Below are positions 10,514 to 38,669 of a stretch of 64,000 bases of DNA, piece after piece. This stretch comes from Hormiphora californensis (taxonomy: Eukaryota; Animalia; Ctenophora), in NCBI GenBank assembly GCA_020137815.1, contig CM035352.1:6448001-6512000 (forward strand), given 5' to 3'. Position 1 is the first letter of the stretch. Every line of letters starts with the position of its first letter. The notes below the pieces were generated by a model. It saw only the letters and a program-made list of their open reading frames with translations. It did not search any database and was not told where the DNA came from. Made by a program: the position numbers and the translations under genes.

Positions 10514-12239
10514 GTACCAAAACAAACAATTTGTTTACTTGTTTCCATCTTATTACCAGCCACCTTTCTCGCTCCTCAGGCAGTACAGGTTGAGGGGGCA
10601 AGAAATGAAAATCTAGGAGGAGAGAATGGGGGATATATTTTTGTTGTTTGGAGACTGATATTTAGATACTCACTACTGGCCCTGGGTTGCTTTGTTCATA
10701 CTGATGCAGTGACAAGCGAATCAAGACTGGGTTGATCGTGGATATTTCGCTGAAAATGGAGCAATATGTAGATGACCTGTGCGGGTAAGTTACAATCTCT
10801 CTCTCTCTCTCTCCCTCTCCCTCTCTCTCTCCCCCGTCCCTTTCTATTTCCCTCTATAATTCTCTCTCTCATTAAAAAACGGCTCTTCTAGATCGAGTAG
10901 CTTGTGGCGTGCTGTTTAAAAACACTTGTGTCACACCACGTGACCCTTGTTATCAACAAGGCTGCTGCAGTTGCATGTGTCCCCCTCTCCACACACACTT
11001 GTTCACTCCTTGATTCTGTCTCACTTTGTGTGTGTGTGAGTATTATACCGATCAGAGTCGTGCACCGCTGCACCAGGACACTTTATATATCGGTTCAAGG
11101 AATAGTACAGTCTCTCACCGCCTGTTAAACAGCACGCTTCTTATAGTACAAGGTAAAGTCATTATATGTCCGGCCTATCAGATCAGAGACACGACCCGCC
11201 CCCTGGGAACGGTCCGAGATTGCGTGAGGTGCGTGTAGCTTAGCAAGCACTGTTAATAGAGATAGATATTCTTCTTTATTGGGTCATTCACTGTGTTGTG
11301 ATCGGTCAGTATTGCCAGTAGTGCTGATATATTATTGCTTGTGTTGAAATGATGAAGATGATGATGGTGAGTTATATAGCAATATATATATCTGTATTTT
11401 ATAACAAGCTCTCTCATGCACGTTGACGACCCTACACTTAGAACTAGAGCTGGAGCTGGGCCTCTCTCACTGGAACCCATGTATGGGTCACTGTATGCAT
11501 AGGTAGCATGGGTCACTGCAGCTGTGGTGGGCTGGAGCAGGTGACTGGGCGTGCCATATCTAGGCATCAGGTGTGTTATTGGAAGTGCAAAGTATCGATT
11601 GTTACATAATTGAGTTTTATCCCCGGCAACTGCAGCTGCTATACATTGGGAGTTTCAAGCTCAAAAGGGTATTTCAAGATCAGGGGGTTGGAGATCAGGG
11701 GGGGGGGGGGGTGAAGATCAGAAGATTCAAGATGGGGATCGAGCACACATGGGGCGAGGCAGTATATCGGATATCAGTTGTTGCAAATATAGACACTATT
11801 ATAGTGAAAGTAGCTATTTCTAATCTCATTTGATAGAGAGGCAAAGGGCGTGAGACAGATGGGGAAGAAAAAGGAGGGAAGGGAGAGGGTGAGTGACTGA
11901 ATGAGGCGGGGCCTGAGAACTAGAAAGTGCATGCGGTAGGTTCGAATTACACCTCCACACGGAACGATGCACAATTAGTGTCTCGGTATTCCTTTGTAGG
12001 CCCCTTCCATCATCCTCCCGGTTATTCTCCCTGTCGTGCGCCGTATGACCTCCCTTTTTGGGGTCGGTTTTAGTTTTCACTATAGTTAAAACTTGGATAA
12101 TATATAATACCATCTTCAAATGCTTGAAGAGTTTAGATTACCTAAGTTTTAACCGATATAACTTGGTCAATACAGCTGCAGTAGTAGATTTAATTTGCTC
12201 ATGTTTGCTGGGATTATTTATTAAGTAAGGGGTCCACCA

Positions 12240-12309
12240 ATGCTCTGACCACAGTTGATCTCGCTCACTCCGAGAGAAATGAGAATAGGGCCAGGCCAAT
12301 GCTCTGACA
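12240..12309. repeat. Short interspersed repeat (GAGAATAGGG..CAGGCCAATGCTCTGACAG family)
   Basis: 9-bp direct repeat GGTCCACCA on both sides; related copies at ~16675-16830, 35684-35755, 44070-44255 and 44647-44670 (reverse). Confidence 0.75.
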
Positions 12310-12927
12310 GGTCCACCATCAACAAGAAATTCTACGAATTCCAAATAGGTTTCTTTTCGTGGTATTACTGCTGATGGTTGCAGTACCCGAATATTGTTTA
12401 AATCGAGGAGGGTGGTCTAGTTACTGAGTTTTTATGAAGAGAACTCGAGATTGTCTAACGGGTGGTTCTGTCTGGAGGGGCTGAAGTCTGACTAGCCGGC
12501 TACGCAGGTAGTTAGTATGTCCCACACTAAATATATGTAATTGGTTCACCTTGTTGCATCTGCATACGAAGAGAACAATACAAATATGGTGCAAACTATT
12601 TCGTCTTGTTGAGTAACAAGAAGTACTCAACAAGTTTCTTCACAATCTCCCTAAAATTAGAGTCATCTATAGTCAAGTAGAGACATAGGGGTCCGAAGTC
12701 TAAAAATTAAAGATCACGCTCCATCTAACACAACTCTCAGAAGATTAAAGTAAGAGAACACCAGGTCAGGGATTGATGGTTAAAAGAGAATTAGAAATGG
12801 TCGTGCACAGTGCAACATGTTCCTCAAGTGACTGACCCTTGCGTAGCTCGACCCTCTTTCCATACGCTCCAGAGGTTTAGAACTGACCACATCCACCCTA
12901 TCTACCCAACTGACTCCCTGTTTCAGG

Positions 12928-17135
<4,208 letters not shown>

Positions 17136-18101
17136 ATCTTTTAGAAATCGAGAATTTTGTATCACTATCAAGATAAATTGTTTTGCACTTCGAATTTTCC
17201 TTGTTGAGTCTTCCCCCTTACTCAACAAAATTTTCCAATTAGTTTTGAAGATGTTTGGGTTATCGCCTACTTTTAGTAACCACTTGTAATGATAGTTTAA
17301 AAATCCGGATATAAACAGAAAATAATACAATAATTATTGTTATAAGAATGTACAGGAATTTGGCAGCGAAGCTACCAACTTCGTCGGAGATTATGGTTGA
17401 CCGCGGTCTTTGACGGAACGCGCGAAGTCGCACAACTTTCGTCGGAGAGTTTTTGCCGCGCATTGACTCCAACCTCACGCCGCGCCGAGCGGTGTAAAAA
17501 TTCTGGGTTTTTTAATAATTTTGCACACTCGCTCCATTTTCTAAAAACACTAAAATTCGAACGCTGCCCCAGACCACGTTCAGAGACAAAGAAAGGCTGG
17601 TTCCTATGGGTCCAGGGCCCAATTTTCGGGGGGAAAGTGGGTAAATGACACCATTTTTGATCAAAAACTGTCGAAAATTAAAAATGGACCCGGAATTTTG
17701 GTCGAGAATGGACGCCGGGTACCGGCCCGGCCCTGACCACGTTCCATCAGCTAACCCAAGATTTGAAGCTTATGACGAAATTCACGGTGTGTCCAAATTG
17801 CTCTGCGATTACTTATCATGCCTGAGACCCCCGCTTTTCAAAGACCAGTAAAATAGCTCTAATAATACTCCATCAGTAAACGACGGTATGTTTCGTGGTA
17901 GGGTGTTGTAGCTGCTAGTATAACAGTCGCCTCTCACACACTAGATCCCGTGTTCGATCCTGGTATAGTGCATGTCGTCTAGTCCACTAAACTATGATTG
18001 GTAGGGGCTGTCTTGAGAGATCAGAGAACCGAAAGTGACACGAGTGCATACACTACAACACAATGCCGAAACATTAACTTTTTATAAGTTTGTTAACTTT
18101 A

Positions 18102-18490
18102 GGCCAGCGTTAAAATCTGGGTGTTTCGTGAGTGCTGACAAACGGTTTTTTAGGGTTAGGGCTAAAGTGGGGTTAGGGTTAGGGTTGGGGTTAGGCCTTG
18201 ACATTTCCTACCAGGCAAACTTTGAATTAGCCAAAACGGTTGAGTGGATTGGCGGTTAAAGTCGGATTTTTTGAAACTGCCACCCCCCTTTTCGTGCGTG
18301 GAATGTTTTTGTGTGTCACATCACATGTTAACGTGTGGAGTGTGTGTCAAAACTGATAAATTTCACATGTGCGGTCATTTAGGGGTGACAGTTTCAAAAA
18401 ATCCGACTTTAGAGCCATTTTAGTGAATCAACTTTTTTGGCAGCGCACACCTGTAAACAGGTCACGAAACACCCAGATCCTAACGGTGCC
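18102..18490 (+). mobile_element. Short-TIR element with internal degenerate (TTAGGG)n
   Basis: Homologous to 58083-58331 and 56543-56788 (reverse); ends CGTTAAAATCTGGGTG / CACCCAGAT..AACG. Confidence 0.8.
18257..18411. mobile_element. TA-flanked MITE (TAAAGTC termini) nested in the TTAGGG element
   Basis: ~30-bp TIRs; the empty site GGTTAGAGCC is seen in the 58241 copy. Confidence 0.85.
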
Positions 18491-18825
18491 CTCAACTTTA
18501 TTGGAGTGTCAACCATAGAATTATGAGTAGATGCACAATTTTGGTATTTATTTCCTTATTGTTGTCGTATAGTAATATTACTGATACTAGATTTATATTT
18601 ATGTAATAATAATCATGCAGTCTTTCATGTTTATAGTAGCTTTGAATTTCATTTTGCACACACATTTCTTCACAAAATTAAGGGCCCACAATAAATTAAT
18701 TTATCTGTTTATTAAATCTCGTCTGCACAGGACACATCCCTCGCTCTCTATAGTTATCACTTATCTCTCTCTCTTCCTTTATAAACTTGTAAAATGCTAC
18801 CCTCGCATTTCTCATTTTCAGGTTA

Positions 18826-20233
18826 ATGATCGTCTTGCTCCTCCTGTTCTTGTTACCCATCCTCTTCCTCCTTATCCTCTCTCGCATCCTCCATGACCCT
18901 AACAAAGTTGGAGTGATTGTTCTGGGTGATGTGGGTCGCAGTCCTCGCATGAGAAATCACTGTTTGTCCCTGGCTCAGGAGGATTTTACTGTTCAGTATG
19001 TTGCCGAGAGGGGCAGCACCGTTCATCCTGATCTGCTGAAGAACACTAGCGTCAACTTGTATCTAACAAGCCCATGGAGCCTTCCCAAAATACCCCTACA
19101 GTTGCTAATCAAACCGCTCTGTCAGACCATAACGCTAACCATGGTTTGCTTGCGGCACTTTCTAGGGTGCAGTGCAATTCTCATGCAGAATCCTCCCTGT
19201 ATCCCGGTCATGGCAGTTGTGTGGTTTACATGTCGTCTTTATGGTGCTAGAATGATAATAGATTGGCACAACTACGGCTATACAATTCTCGGCCTGAAAC
19301 TCCCAACTACCAGTCCAGTGGTGAGAGCAGCAAGAATGTTTGAGAGGTTTTTCGGACGGCTGGCGGATGAGAACTTTTGTGTTACAAACGCCATGTCACA
19401 TGACTTGGTAAACAATTGGGGTATAACGGCATACGCTCTTCACGATAGACCTTGCAAGAAAACCAAACTCTCCACATCACAAAAACACGATCTGCTCCTC
19501 CGGCTGGGTAAGGAGTACCCCATATTCAAAGAGGATGAGGAGACTACACTTTTAACAACAACTAATGAAGATGGAAAACCTGTCAAACGGACAAAGAGAT
19601 CCGCGTTAATAGTGAGTAGCACCAGTTGGACACCCGACGAGGACTTTAGTGTTTTGCTGGAGGCACTCCGGGCGTACAACTCGGAGTGGAGTGAAGATTT
19701 CCCAGACCTGGTTGTCGCGATAACCGGTAACGGACCCCAGAAAGCCTACTATCAAGGCCTCATCAGGGACTCACCCCTGGAGCACGTCCAGGTAGTCACG
19801 TGCTGGCTCGAACCGGAGGATTACCCGAAATTGTTAGCCGCTGCTGATCTTGGGGTGAGCCTTACATTGGAGCTCCTCTGGCCTGGATCTACCCATGAAG
19901 GTGGTTGACATGTTCGGAGCGGGACTTCCCGTGTGCTCCCGGGATTTCTCCTGCATCCGAGAATTAGTGATACACGGAAAGAATGGGTGTGTGTTCTCCG
20001 ACGCTGCTCATCTCTCCCGGCAATTCAGGAGTATATTCAAGCGATTTGGCGAACCCGAGTGCCAGCACTTAGCCATACTAGGAAATGGAGTAAAACACTT
20101 CCAATCGTTACCGTGGCACTATCATTGGCAACACGTGGCGTTACCCCTTCTCCGAGAGGGATTCGAGTTCAAGGACTATGGCTCGGACGATGAGCCCTCG
20201 TTTCCGGTTGGAGGACCACTTACCATGATGTAA
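18826..20233 (+). CDS. ALG1: Chitobiosyldiphosphodolichol beta-mannosyltransferase, intronless, one apparent +1 frameshift at ~19861
   Basis: VLGDVGRSPRM, QNPP, IIDWHNYGYTIL, SSTSWTPDEDF; removing one base restores [22 protein letters not shown]. Confidence 0.95.
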
Positions 20234-20531
20234 CGTGCTGTTCTGAGTGGTAACTTCTGTACTGCCACGTGCGTGTCTTTTACTTGTCCTTTTCTGGGAG
20301 TTTTTCGTGTGTTCACTAACTTTGTGCATGGGAGTTTTATTTTATTGAATATAATTTAGTATTTGAGTTGCGTGGTGCATGCAGATAAACTTTAATTGGT
20401 GAACTATCATATAAGTATTGTCCACTACAAATCAATGTATTTCCTCTAAGTGTGGTCCCAATAATTGTACACATGCTGACCCCCCCCCCCCTGTACATGT
20501 TGCAGCTTTTTCTGACCCCCCTTGTGTAGAG

Positions 20532-21124
20532 ATGTCTACAGGCGGTACCCCCTACAAGAACAAAGCGACACACTGGGAAAACCCCTACTGCGAGGGAACT
20601 CCCACCAAAGTCCTTGATGATGTACAAGTTGAGTCATGTGCGGAACTGAGGGAGAAAAACAGGAAAAGCGACATCTTTAATCGAGAGGTATCCAGGAACC
20701 GACCGAGTCAGGAAATACTGGTCCCTTATTGGCTGATAACCAGTCACGTGACGTAAATAACGAGTTTTGATTGGTTGTTTACTTGTGTCGGTCGGTTCCT
20801 GGAGGTATCATGATCACACATTGTCTGATCACATAACACACAGTGTGTTTGCTACTCTTTTGTGACAATTGACAACTGACAAGTTTCACATGCTCTATAA
20901 AAGCTCATGTACATAACCCCCCTCCCTGACAGGTTGTTGACGAGCCCAATCCTAAGCCAATGGAATCCATCCGGTCCAACGATGCAGCTAATGATGCAGC
21001 TAGGGAGAAATTCAAGGCACGAGAGCAGAAGAGCAGTGTGTTTGGAGATGCTCCTCCCTCCCAGAACGTCTCACCCAACAAGCAGCAGGGAAACAAACCC
21101 CACAAAATATCAAACATTTTCTAA
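20532..21124 (+). CDS. Small 2-exon protein (95 aa), weakly Jupiter/HN1-like
   Basis: Exons 20532-20627 and 20933-21124 join in frame; KSSVFG motif and C-terminal SNIF; acceptor just before the ATG. Confidence 0.55.
20693..20801. mobile_element. hAT-type MITE, 109 bp (second copy)
   Basis: Same TIR as the 13595 copy; 8-bp TSD GAGGTATC. Confidence 0.9.
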
Positions 21125-21509
21125 GACAAATAGTAGTTCAGATTATATTGAGACAAAACTAAAAAACTCAGAACTGTACATATAATATTGTTAACCTTGT
21201 TTTGAAAGTATGAGACAGATCCGTTTTTAGTTTTTTGTTGCCTTCTATGTCAGAGATACCGTTAGAATAGACTAGGATATCAGAGATTTTTTTCGTGACT
21301 TTTTTTCCAAACTAAGCTTCAGAAGATGTAACTATAATGTATTGTGACCTAGCATGTTTTTATTATCTTATTTTAACTTATTAAATATATATCCACATTA
21401 CCACTTTAAAAAACGCGTCTTGTTCTAATTCTCTAGTGCCATTTGATGTTAAACTCGGGGGAAATAAACCAATTGCACTTTCCAGCAGATGCGTTACCTC
21501 TAGGCTGAC

Positions 21510-23006
21510 ATGCCAAATCGTCGAAGGCGATGTAAGTCACAAGGCGATACTCCAACTACCCTAGCAAACTTCCCCGATCTTCCAGAGCCACCACAGCTGG
21601 TATGTCTTCTGTGCAGCTCATCCGATCACTCTACAGTCCAATGCAGCTCCTTCGCATTGTTAAGTGCAGAGACTTTGAATAAACTCGACACGGACTGCTC
21701 CTCCTGTTATCAGATTTCTAGTTGTGAGGAGATACCTGGACAACTGGTAACGAGAATTCAACTGTGTGACCACCATAGGTCCAAGTCAGAAGAAGTGACT
21801 TCGCAGTTGAGTTTTTCGCCCCAGATGGTACAACCGTTTTGTGACTTAGCCAGTTTAGAACGAAAGGCTGTGCTCGATTTCGACATGGATACATCACCTG
21901 CAGAGGTAACGGTGGGAACAGAGGAGCAGCACGATCAAATCCCAGATATAGGGCTGGATCTTGAACTAGACAATCTGCCCACTTTTCTAAACTCTACAAG
22001 TAGCCTTCCCTCGGACGATCCCACGAACCGAGTTGTTGTGGAATCTCTGTTAGGGAAGAGGAAGTGGCGGGTAAGTAAAGCTGAAAAGTACATCAGCCAG
22101 TATGTTGATATTCTTGAAGCGTGGAAGCTAGCGGAGACAGCAGAATGTAGAGAGGACAACAACGAGGAACACAATCAAACAGCTGGGTCTAAAGAAAACC
22201 AAGTTCTACCAGATCAAAGCGAATCGCGGAGGCGGCCCTAATTGATATGGATTTCATTGATGGCCTATTCGCTGATCCTAATAACACCATTGCTGATGTT
22301 CAGAAAGGAGCTTCAATCTTCCTAAGGGCTGAGAAGCTAAAAAAGCAAAAAGCTGGGCGGCAATTGGAGGAGAGTGTGTTTGAGAGTGTTCAGTTAGAGC
22401 CAGGTCCGGCGGTTACTGAGTCACTTGTTCCAATTAATGATCCCGTTTTTGAGGATCAATCAGCTAACATGGTCATTCCTGATCCTGTGAAAACGGAGGC
22501 CATTGCTACAATGATATCGAACGGGACCAATCAATCTCATGTTGACATCCAGGGTCATCATCAAGGGGCAGTTGATGTTGGTAATATCTTGGGATTTTCA
22601 CAAAGCAGTCTGAACGATCCTCAACTGGAGTGCCTGCGAAGAATTGAGTTTGATTCAGGGCCGAAGAAAGCGCATTCGGAGAGCTCAGGCAAAGTCTGAA
22701 CAGTATGTAACAAAGTACCTGGGAATTGTGAACAATTGGAAAGTAGCTGAGCAGGAGATGCAACGGGAACAGGGTAGAACGTCAGCGGTGGGGGTCATCA
22801 AACGGCTTGGGTTAAAAAAGACATCATTTTATCAAATTAAGGCCATTGCCGAGGCGGCACTTGTGAATTTAGATTTTGTTGAAAACTTATTCTGTGACCA
22901 ATCATTGTCTTTAGTTGAGCTACAAAAGAAATGTGCGAATTATTTGAAAACGGACGATGCAAAAAGAGTTTTGGCTGACCTTAAAGTGATTGGTGTTGTT
23001 CTTTGA
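21510..23006 (+). CDS. CCHC zinc-knuckle protein with two tandem CCDC106-like domains; three apparent +1 frameshifts
   Basis: CLLCSSSDHSTVQC fits CX2CX4HX4C. Frame-corrected IKQLGLKKTKFYQIKAIAEAALIDMDFIDGLF aligns with downstream IKRLGLKKTSFYQIKAIAEAALVNLDFVENLF. Confidence 0.65.
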
Positions 23007-23168
23007 ATGATATATTTTAATTTTTATGTCTGGTTTATATGTGTGATACTGTGATTTTCTTTTAAACGATCATTTTTTGTTAGTTATATGAGAGTTGTTT
23101 TAGTTCTAGAGTCTTTCAATATGAGCCTGCACAGTATATGAATTCCCACCTTCGTTACATCTAGTGAT

Positions 23169-24791
23169 ATGCCACGAAGAGGAAGCCGTAGGTCAGATAA
23201 ACGAAGAAAATACTCGACTTCATCCTCAGACTCAGATTCTAGCTCCAGTAAGTAGACCCATCTCACAACCGATATATGGCAGCTTTTATAGTCGAAATAT
23301 TTCCTTTCTTGACCCTCTAACAAGCCATATATTCGCAGCACTTGAAAACATATCGGCACTGGGCCTGTTAGAAGGGATTGGAAAAACAATAATTTACCTC
23401 ACAATTATGCACACACTATAATACTCTCATCCTACAGGTTCCTCCTCCTCCTCCTCATCTTCCTCGAGGAGCAGCTCAGGATCAGACAGGAGGAGATCAA
23501 GGAGACGACGGAGGAGGTCTGACTCCCGGAAGAGATATGCAGATAAGCCGAAAGCAAGCGGTGCTGATGCGATGGGAGCCATGGGTGCAATGTTGTTAGA
23601 CACGAAACCAGAGGAGCTAATTGATCAAATATTTATTATTCTAGATGAGTCAGAGGTTAGTAAAACCACTATTTAGCAGAACTTAGAATAAATTTACTAA
23701 AGCAGAGCTATTAATTAAAGCAGAGCTATCAGTTACAATACACTGTATTTTAGGCAGTTTTTAGCACTTTTCAAAATCACAGCCACACTCTGTTTCAGAT
23801 AAAAGACCTGTGTCCTGCGTTGATAAAACACATGTCCATAGCCGAGCTCAAGGAAAAGTCTATGAGGTAAGATCACATTTTCGAAAACGTTGCACTTTTT
23901 GAACTGATTATGATTTTCAGAGAGTCAGATACCCTAAACTTGTAACTATCCACCTCGTTTCAGTGTGGTGGCAGATCTAAAAGAAGCGGATATCCACGCA
24001 CTCTTCCTGAAACAGGAACCAGATCCACAGGCAGAGGAGATTGATAAGGCCCTCATCCAGTTGGGCCTAGTTGGGCCAACTTCCACCCTCCAGGACACTA
24101 GCAAGTGGAGGACTCTTCAGGAAACTGTACCCGAGCCTGCTGCTCCTGAGGATGAACAACCAGCCAACCCGGCTGACGAGGCCATATTCGAGGAAGAAGA
24201 GAAGAAGGAAGAGGAACTACCGGCGGTCAAGGAGCCGACACCGCCACCAAAACGGAAACTGATAGCAGACACACAACCAGAGCCAGCAGACGATGCTGAA
24301 ATGTGGCGTGCAAAGTTGATGAGGGACCGGGAGAAGTTGTCCCAGAACTTGAAACACATCTGGTGTCATTGCGAACAACTTGAGTGACAAACCAAAGGAC
24401 TTTGTTCCGGAGGAGGTTACCGATCAAGAGGAGGGAAGACTCCCCCGATCCGGTTACCCCTCCACCACCCACCGACGAGAAGGAGGAGAATGAAGAGGAA
24501 GAGTTCACTAGTGCTAACCCACCACTGGCAGGAAACCCACCCTTAGCGGAGGAGGAACCCAGGGTATACTCGTACAAAGCGAGAGCAGCCGAAGAGGAGG
24601 AGGAGGACAAGATATCGATTGGTAATCTGAGTAGTTCTGACTCGTCCAGCGCGGAGGAGGGAGAGTTGTCAGATAGTGATGAAGGGGAGGAGAAGAAAGA
24701 TGAAGGAGGCGAGTCTTCCACACCGGTTACACCTGAGAGAAAACCCCAAGACACTAATAAAAGTTCGGAAGTTGACACGTACTCGCTGTAG
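23169..24791 (+). CDS. CAAP1: CAAP1-like protein (RS-rich N-terminus, acidic C-terminus), 4 exons, two apparent +1 frameshifts
   Basis: EELIDQIFIILDESEIKDLCPALIKHMSIAELKEKSMSVVADL resembles the CAAP1 domain; GT-AG introns in phase. Confidence 0.65.
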
Positions 24792-25003
24792 CGGCGGGCT
24801 ATTAATTAATTATGATCGTTTTATCACTGTTTTTACTGTTACCTGTTTTAACTTTATTTTTTTCGCCATAACAGTATGAACTATGACAAGAATTTGTGTT
24901 TACTTCACCCTACAGCCTTCATAAATGAACCTAAACGTTCTAAACGTCCTAAAACGTTCAAACTCAAATCTCTACTTTTTGTTCTAGGAGTTCGAGACCC
25001 ATC

Positions 25004-27847
25004 ATGGATACAAAGTACCAGATCGCGGCAGGTCTAACTACTGTTATTGCCGGTACACTTCTCCTGTGGTGGATGGCCAAACCTGCCAAGCAGGAGAGAC
25101 GGAGAAAGCGAGCACCCAGCCCTGTAGAAGAGAGGGTTAGTGGATTCAAACCACGACCTGATCCCGAGGAGATCAAACGAGATAACGAGTTTAAGAGTGG
25201 TAGAACGATTGAAGCGAGGGTCAGCGAGGGTGGTGTCCTAATGCATGATGTGAAATACGCGGGTCAAGACATACGACAGTTAGATCAAAAGCCTAAAGAG
25301 ACGGTGATTGTGGACGATACTGTGCCAAGAAACGAAACAGAGGAAGGACCGCAACCAGTCGCTTCAGAAATAACCGGAACTGAAGAACCAGATTATGCAA
25401 GGATTCCAGTGATTTCAAGCGAACAAGTAGTGACTACTGAATCTGCTGTTATCAGCAGTAATGAGGCCACAGATATTGAGGAACTAACTCCAGTTGTTGA
25501 GGCATCCCCAGTAGTTGAGGCACCCCCAATAGAAGAAATTGAAGTTCCAAAACAAGATGTTACTGTTCTAGAAAAAGAGATTGAAGTTCCAGAAATTGAA
25601 GTTCCAGAAGTTGAAGTTCCAGAAGTTACATCACATCAAACACCACAGAAACCTACACCCACTAATGGATACCATGCTAACGGAGCTGCAGCAGTGCAAC
25701 ATGTATCTACACCACCCCCTTTAGTACCCATTGTATCCAATACCACGACCCCAACACGACCCCCGTCCTATGGCGGAATGTCGAGAGCCAGTAATGATAA
25801 TTCTGTATACTCTACACCCAACCCTTCTCCCTTCTCGACCCCGTCTAGTGAGACACCAGCCAGAACTAACTACCAACAACCTCAACAACAACAAGTCAGA
25901 GGTTCGATCTATGCATCACAAGAGATAATACAGCAACTCTTCAACATTCCATCAAAGGCCGTGGGTGAGTAGGGATTTAGGTTAACTTGATACTTCAAAA
26001 CCCATCATAACATAGAACAAACTTCTGGGTGGTGGAGTTTGGTACGCTATAATAACCTGATAATCACACGTCATAGAACACTATTGTGCTATCTCCCTCT
26101 CTCTATCTCCCCCTATCCCCTCTTTTTCTTCAGGAAAACTGATAGGTAAGGGTGGACGCACAATCAAAGCGTTACAAGAAGAAAGTGGAGCAAAGTTGAA
26201 ATTCGAATCAAGAAGAGACAATCAGCGACCTACACAGCGTCTCTACATCTCAGGAACCCTTAGACAGGTTAATATTTTGGGAATCTCCAAGTGGTCGGTT
26301 AACTCCTTGCAAAACTATGGATGCGGAGAAGATACGGAAAAAAAACTCCAAGTGGTGTTAAGTTTTCTCCCACTACACACCATGGTCTGATTTTTAGTTG
26401 TTCTGCCGAGCCCTCACAGAGCAGTGTGAACTACAAAAGTTGTTGGTTGTTTTCTTAAAACCTGATTAAAACAACTCTTGGTTCAGCTTTGGATGTAATT
26501 ATCGAAATTGGAGTTCTGATATTATGCATGCTACATGCTTCTCTACCTCTATGTAATTCCAGTAGTGTGTGTACATAATCTCTCAATTTTAGGTGGAGGA
26601 TGCGGTGGCTAGGGTGACCAGTATGATGCCTGCAGATTGTGAGTGTATGGATCTAATTCATTGGAGCCCCGAGAAAGCTGTCCAAGGTTCGTGTAACATT
26701 TTGGGTGTTCAGCTCTGCCTCTACTATTTAGATCATTCTAGATGTTCCAGATTTATCTTGTTACCATGGTTATCATGTTCCAGGTGTCCTAAAGCAGGTG
26801 CAATTCAAGGAAAACGAAACGATAACGGGAAGGGTAACGCACGTGTTATCACCCGAATCAGTTTGGATCCAGGTCTGTCTCAGTCCCACCGGATACAGCT
26901 ATGTCCAGATGTTGGGCAGTCTCACAGACAATATATCGGATACACTCGGCAGGTACGCGCGGGAAACATTTTACAGGGCTCACCGCGCGCACAAATCTTC
27001 ACCCCCATTCTTCTCGAACAACTGCCGGAGTTACAACTTTTACACTTTTGTGTTGACCTCTCTGTTCCGGCCAATTTAAAGCATTATTTCTTATTATGAT
27101 ATCTATTACAGGAAACTCCATAACCTGAGAACAGCTGTGATTCCACTCAAAGAGATTACCCGGGGGACAGTGTGTGCTGTAATGGTCGAGGGACGAGCGT
27201 ACAGGGGTTGTGTTGAGAAAGTGGGCACTGATGTCCACTCTGTCAGACTGGTCGACTTTGGGACACTTCATTCTGTTGAGCATCTCTTCACCCTTGAGTA
27301 AGGATCTTAGTTAAACTAGTCGTGTGTTAACAGCAAGAATTTTATTTCATGATGTGGACTGTGAAATTTTTAGAACTTCTTGTTTCAAATTATTATTATT
27401 ATTATATTATTATGTAACTAGATGTTCCTAACACTACATTTTCTCTCCAGCAATTACTACCAGACACTCCCATCACTCGCTGTTAACTGTTCCCTGGCTA
27501 ACATTACCCGGCTCCACGAGGACCCCTGTTGGCCTGAGGAGGCCGCGGAATTCCTGGAGGAAAATCTCAAGGATTGCCTGGTTAAAGTCAGGATTGTTTC
27601 CTGCCAGGGGGATAAACCTAGTGTTGAGATTTACACTCAACCTGCCTCAGGGGTTAGTGGAATTAGCTGTTTAGCTTCCATCATACATGATGTATAACTT
27701 GTTACCGGAAATAATTATCCGTGACATGATAAAACTCTGATCGCTATTCAGTGAGATGATGTTTCAAACTCTTTGTTTCAGGCACAGACCTACATGAACC
27801 AGCAGCTTGTATACGAAAGGTTTGCTGCTTGGAGCCAATCCGAGTAG
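25004..27847 (+). CDS. Mitochondrial outer-membrane KH + Tudor protein (AKAP1/spoonbill-like)
   Basis: N-terminal signal-anchor; long disordered region; KH domain IPSKAVGKLIGKGGRTIKALQEESGAK; extended Tudor domain (VRLVDFG, LPSLAVNCSL). Confidence 0.8.
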
Positions 27848-28136
27848 AACAGAGATAAGAACAGAGAGAAATGCAATATATTATTGTCTCACAAAAGACT
27901 GCACTCTCGTGTAGTATGACAAATATATTTAGGGTTTTTTTTATCTAAATATTTATTGTGTGACAAGTACCCGTTTTAATTATTTGTATCTTCACTTTTC
28001 ACGTAACTTTTGTTTTTAATCCTCTCTATAAATCGCTCCCTAGATCTATTCGGCTTGATATATTTAAGTTAGCTTTATTAAAACCCCCCACTCCCTTACC
28101 AACCTTTAATTCTAACTCTATTACCTCTCTGTTAGT

Positions 28137-38669
<10,533 letters not shown>

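Noticed and set aside
11253-12633. Several 60-100-aa minus-strand ORFs
   Set aside because: No recognisable motifs or consistent splice pattern; one is created by a repeat insertion.
17905-17972. tRNA-like segment (GTTCGATCC B-box); a similar weak one at ~46725-46790 on the minus strand
   Set aside because: The stems do not close into a cloverleaf; at most a decayed tRNA-derived SINE head.
18150-18195. Telomere or chromosome-fusion remnant
   Set aside because: The short degenerate TTAGGG run is internal to a repeated element present three times in the window.
19855-19870. Ty1-like programmed +1 frameshift at CTT A in ALG1
   Set aside because: The context is CTT ACA, not CTT AGG/AGT, and the other frameshift sites share no motif; the double-allele artefact explains them better.
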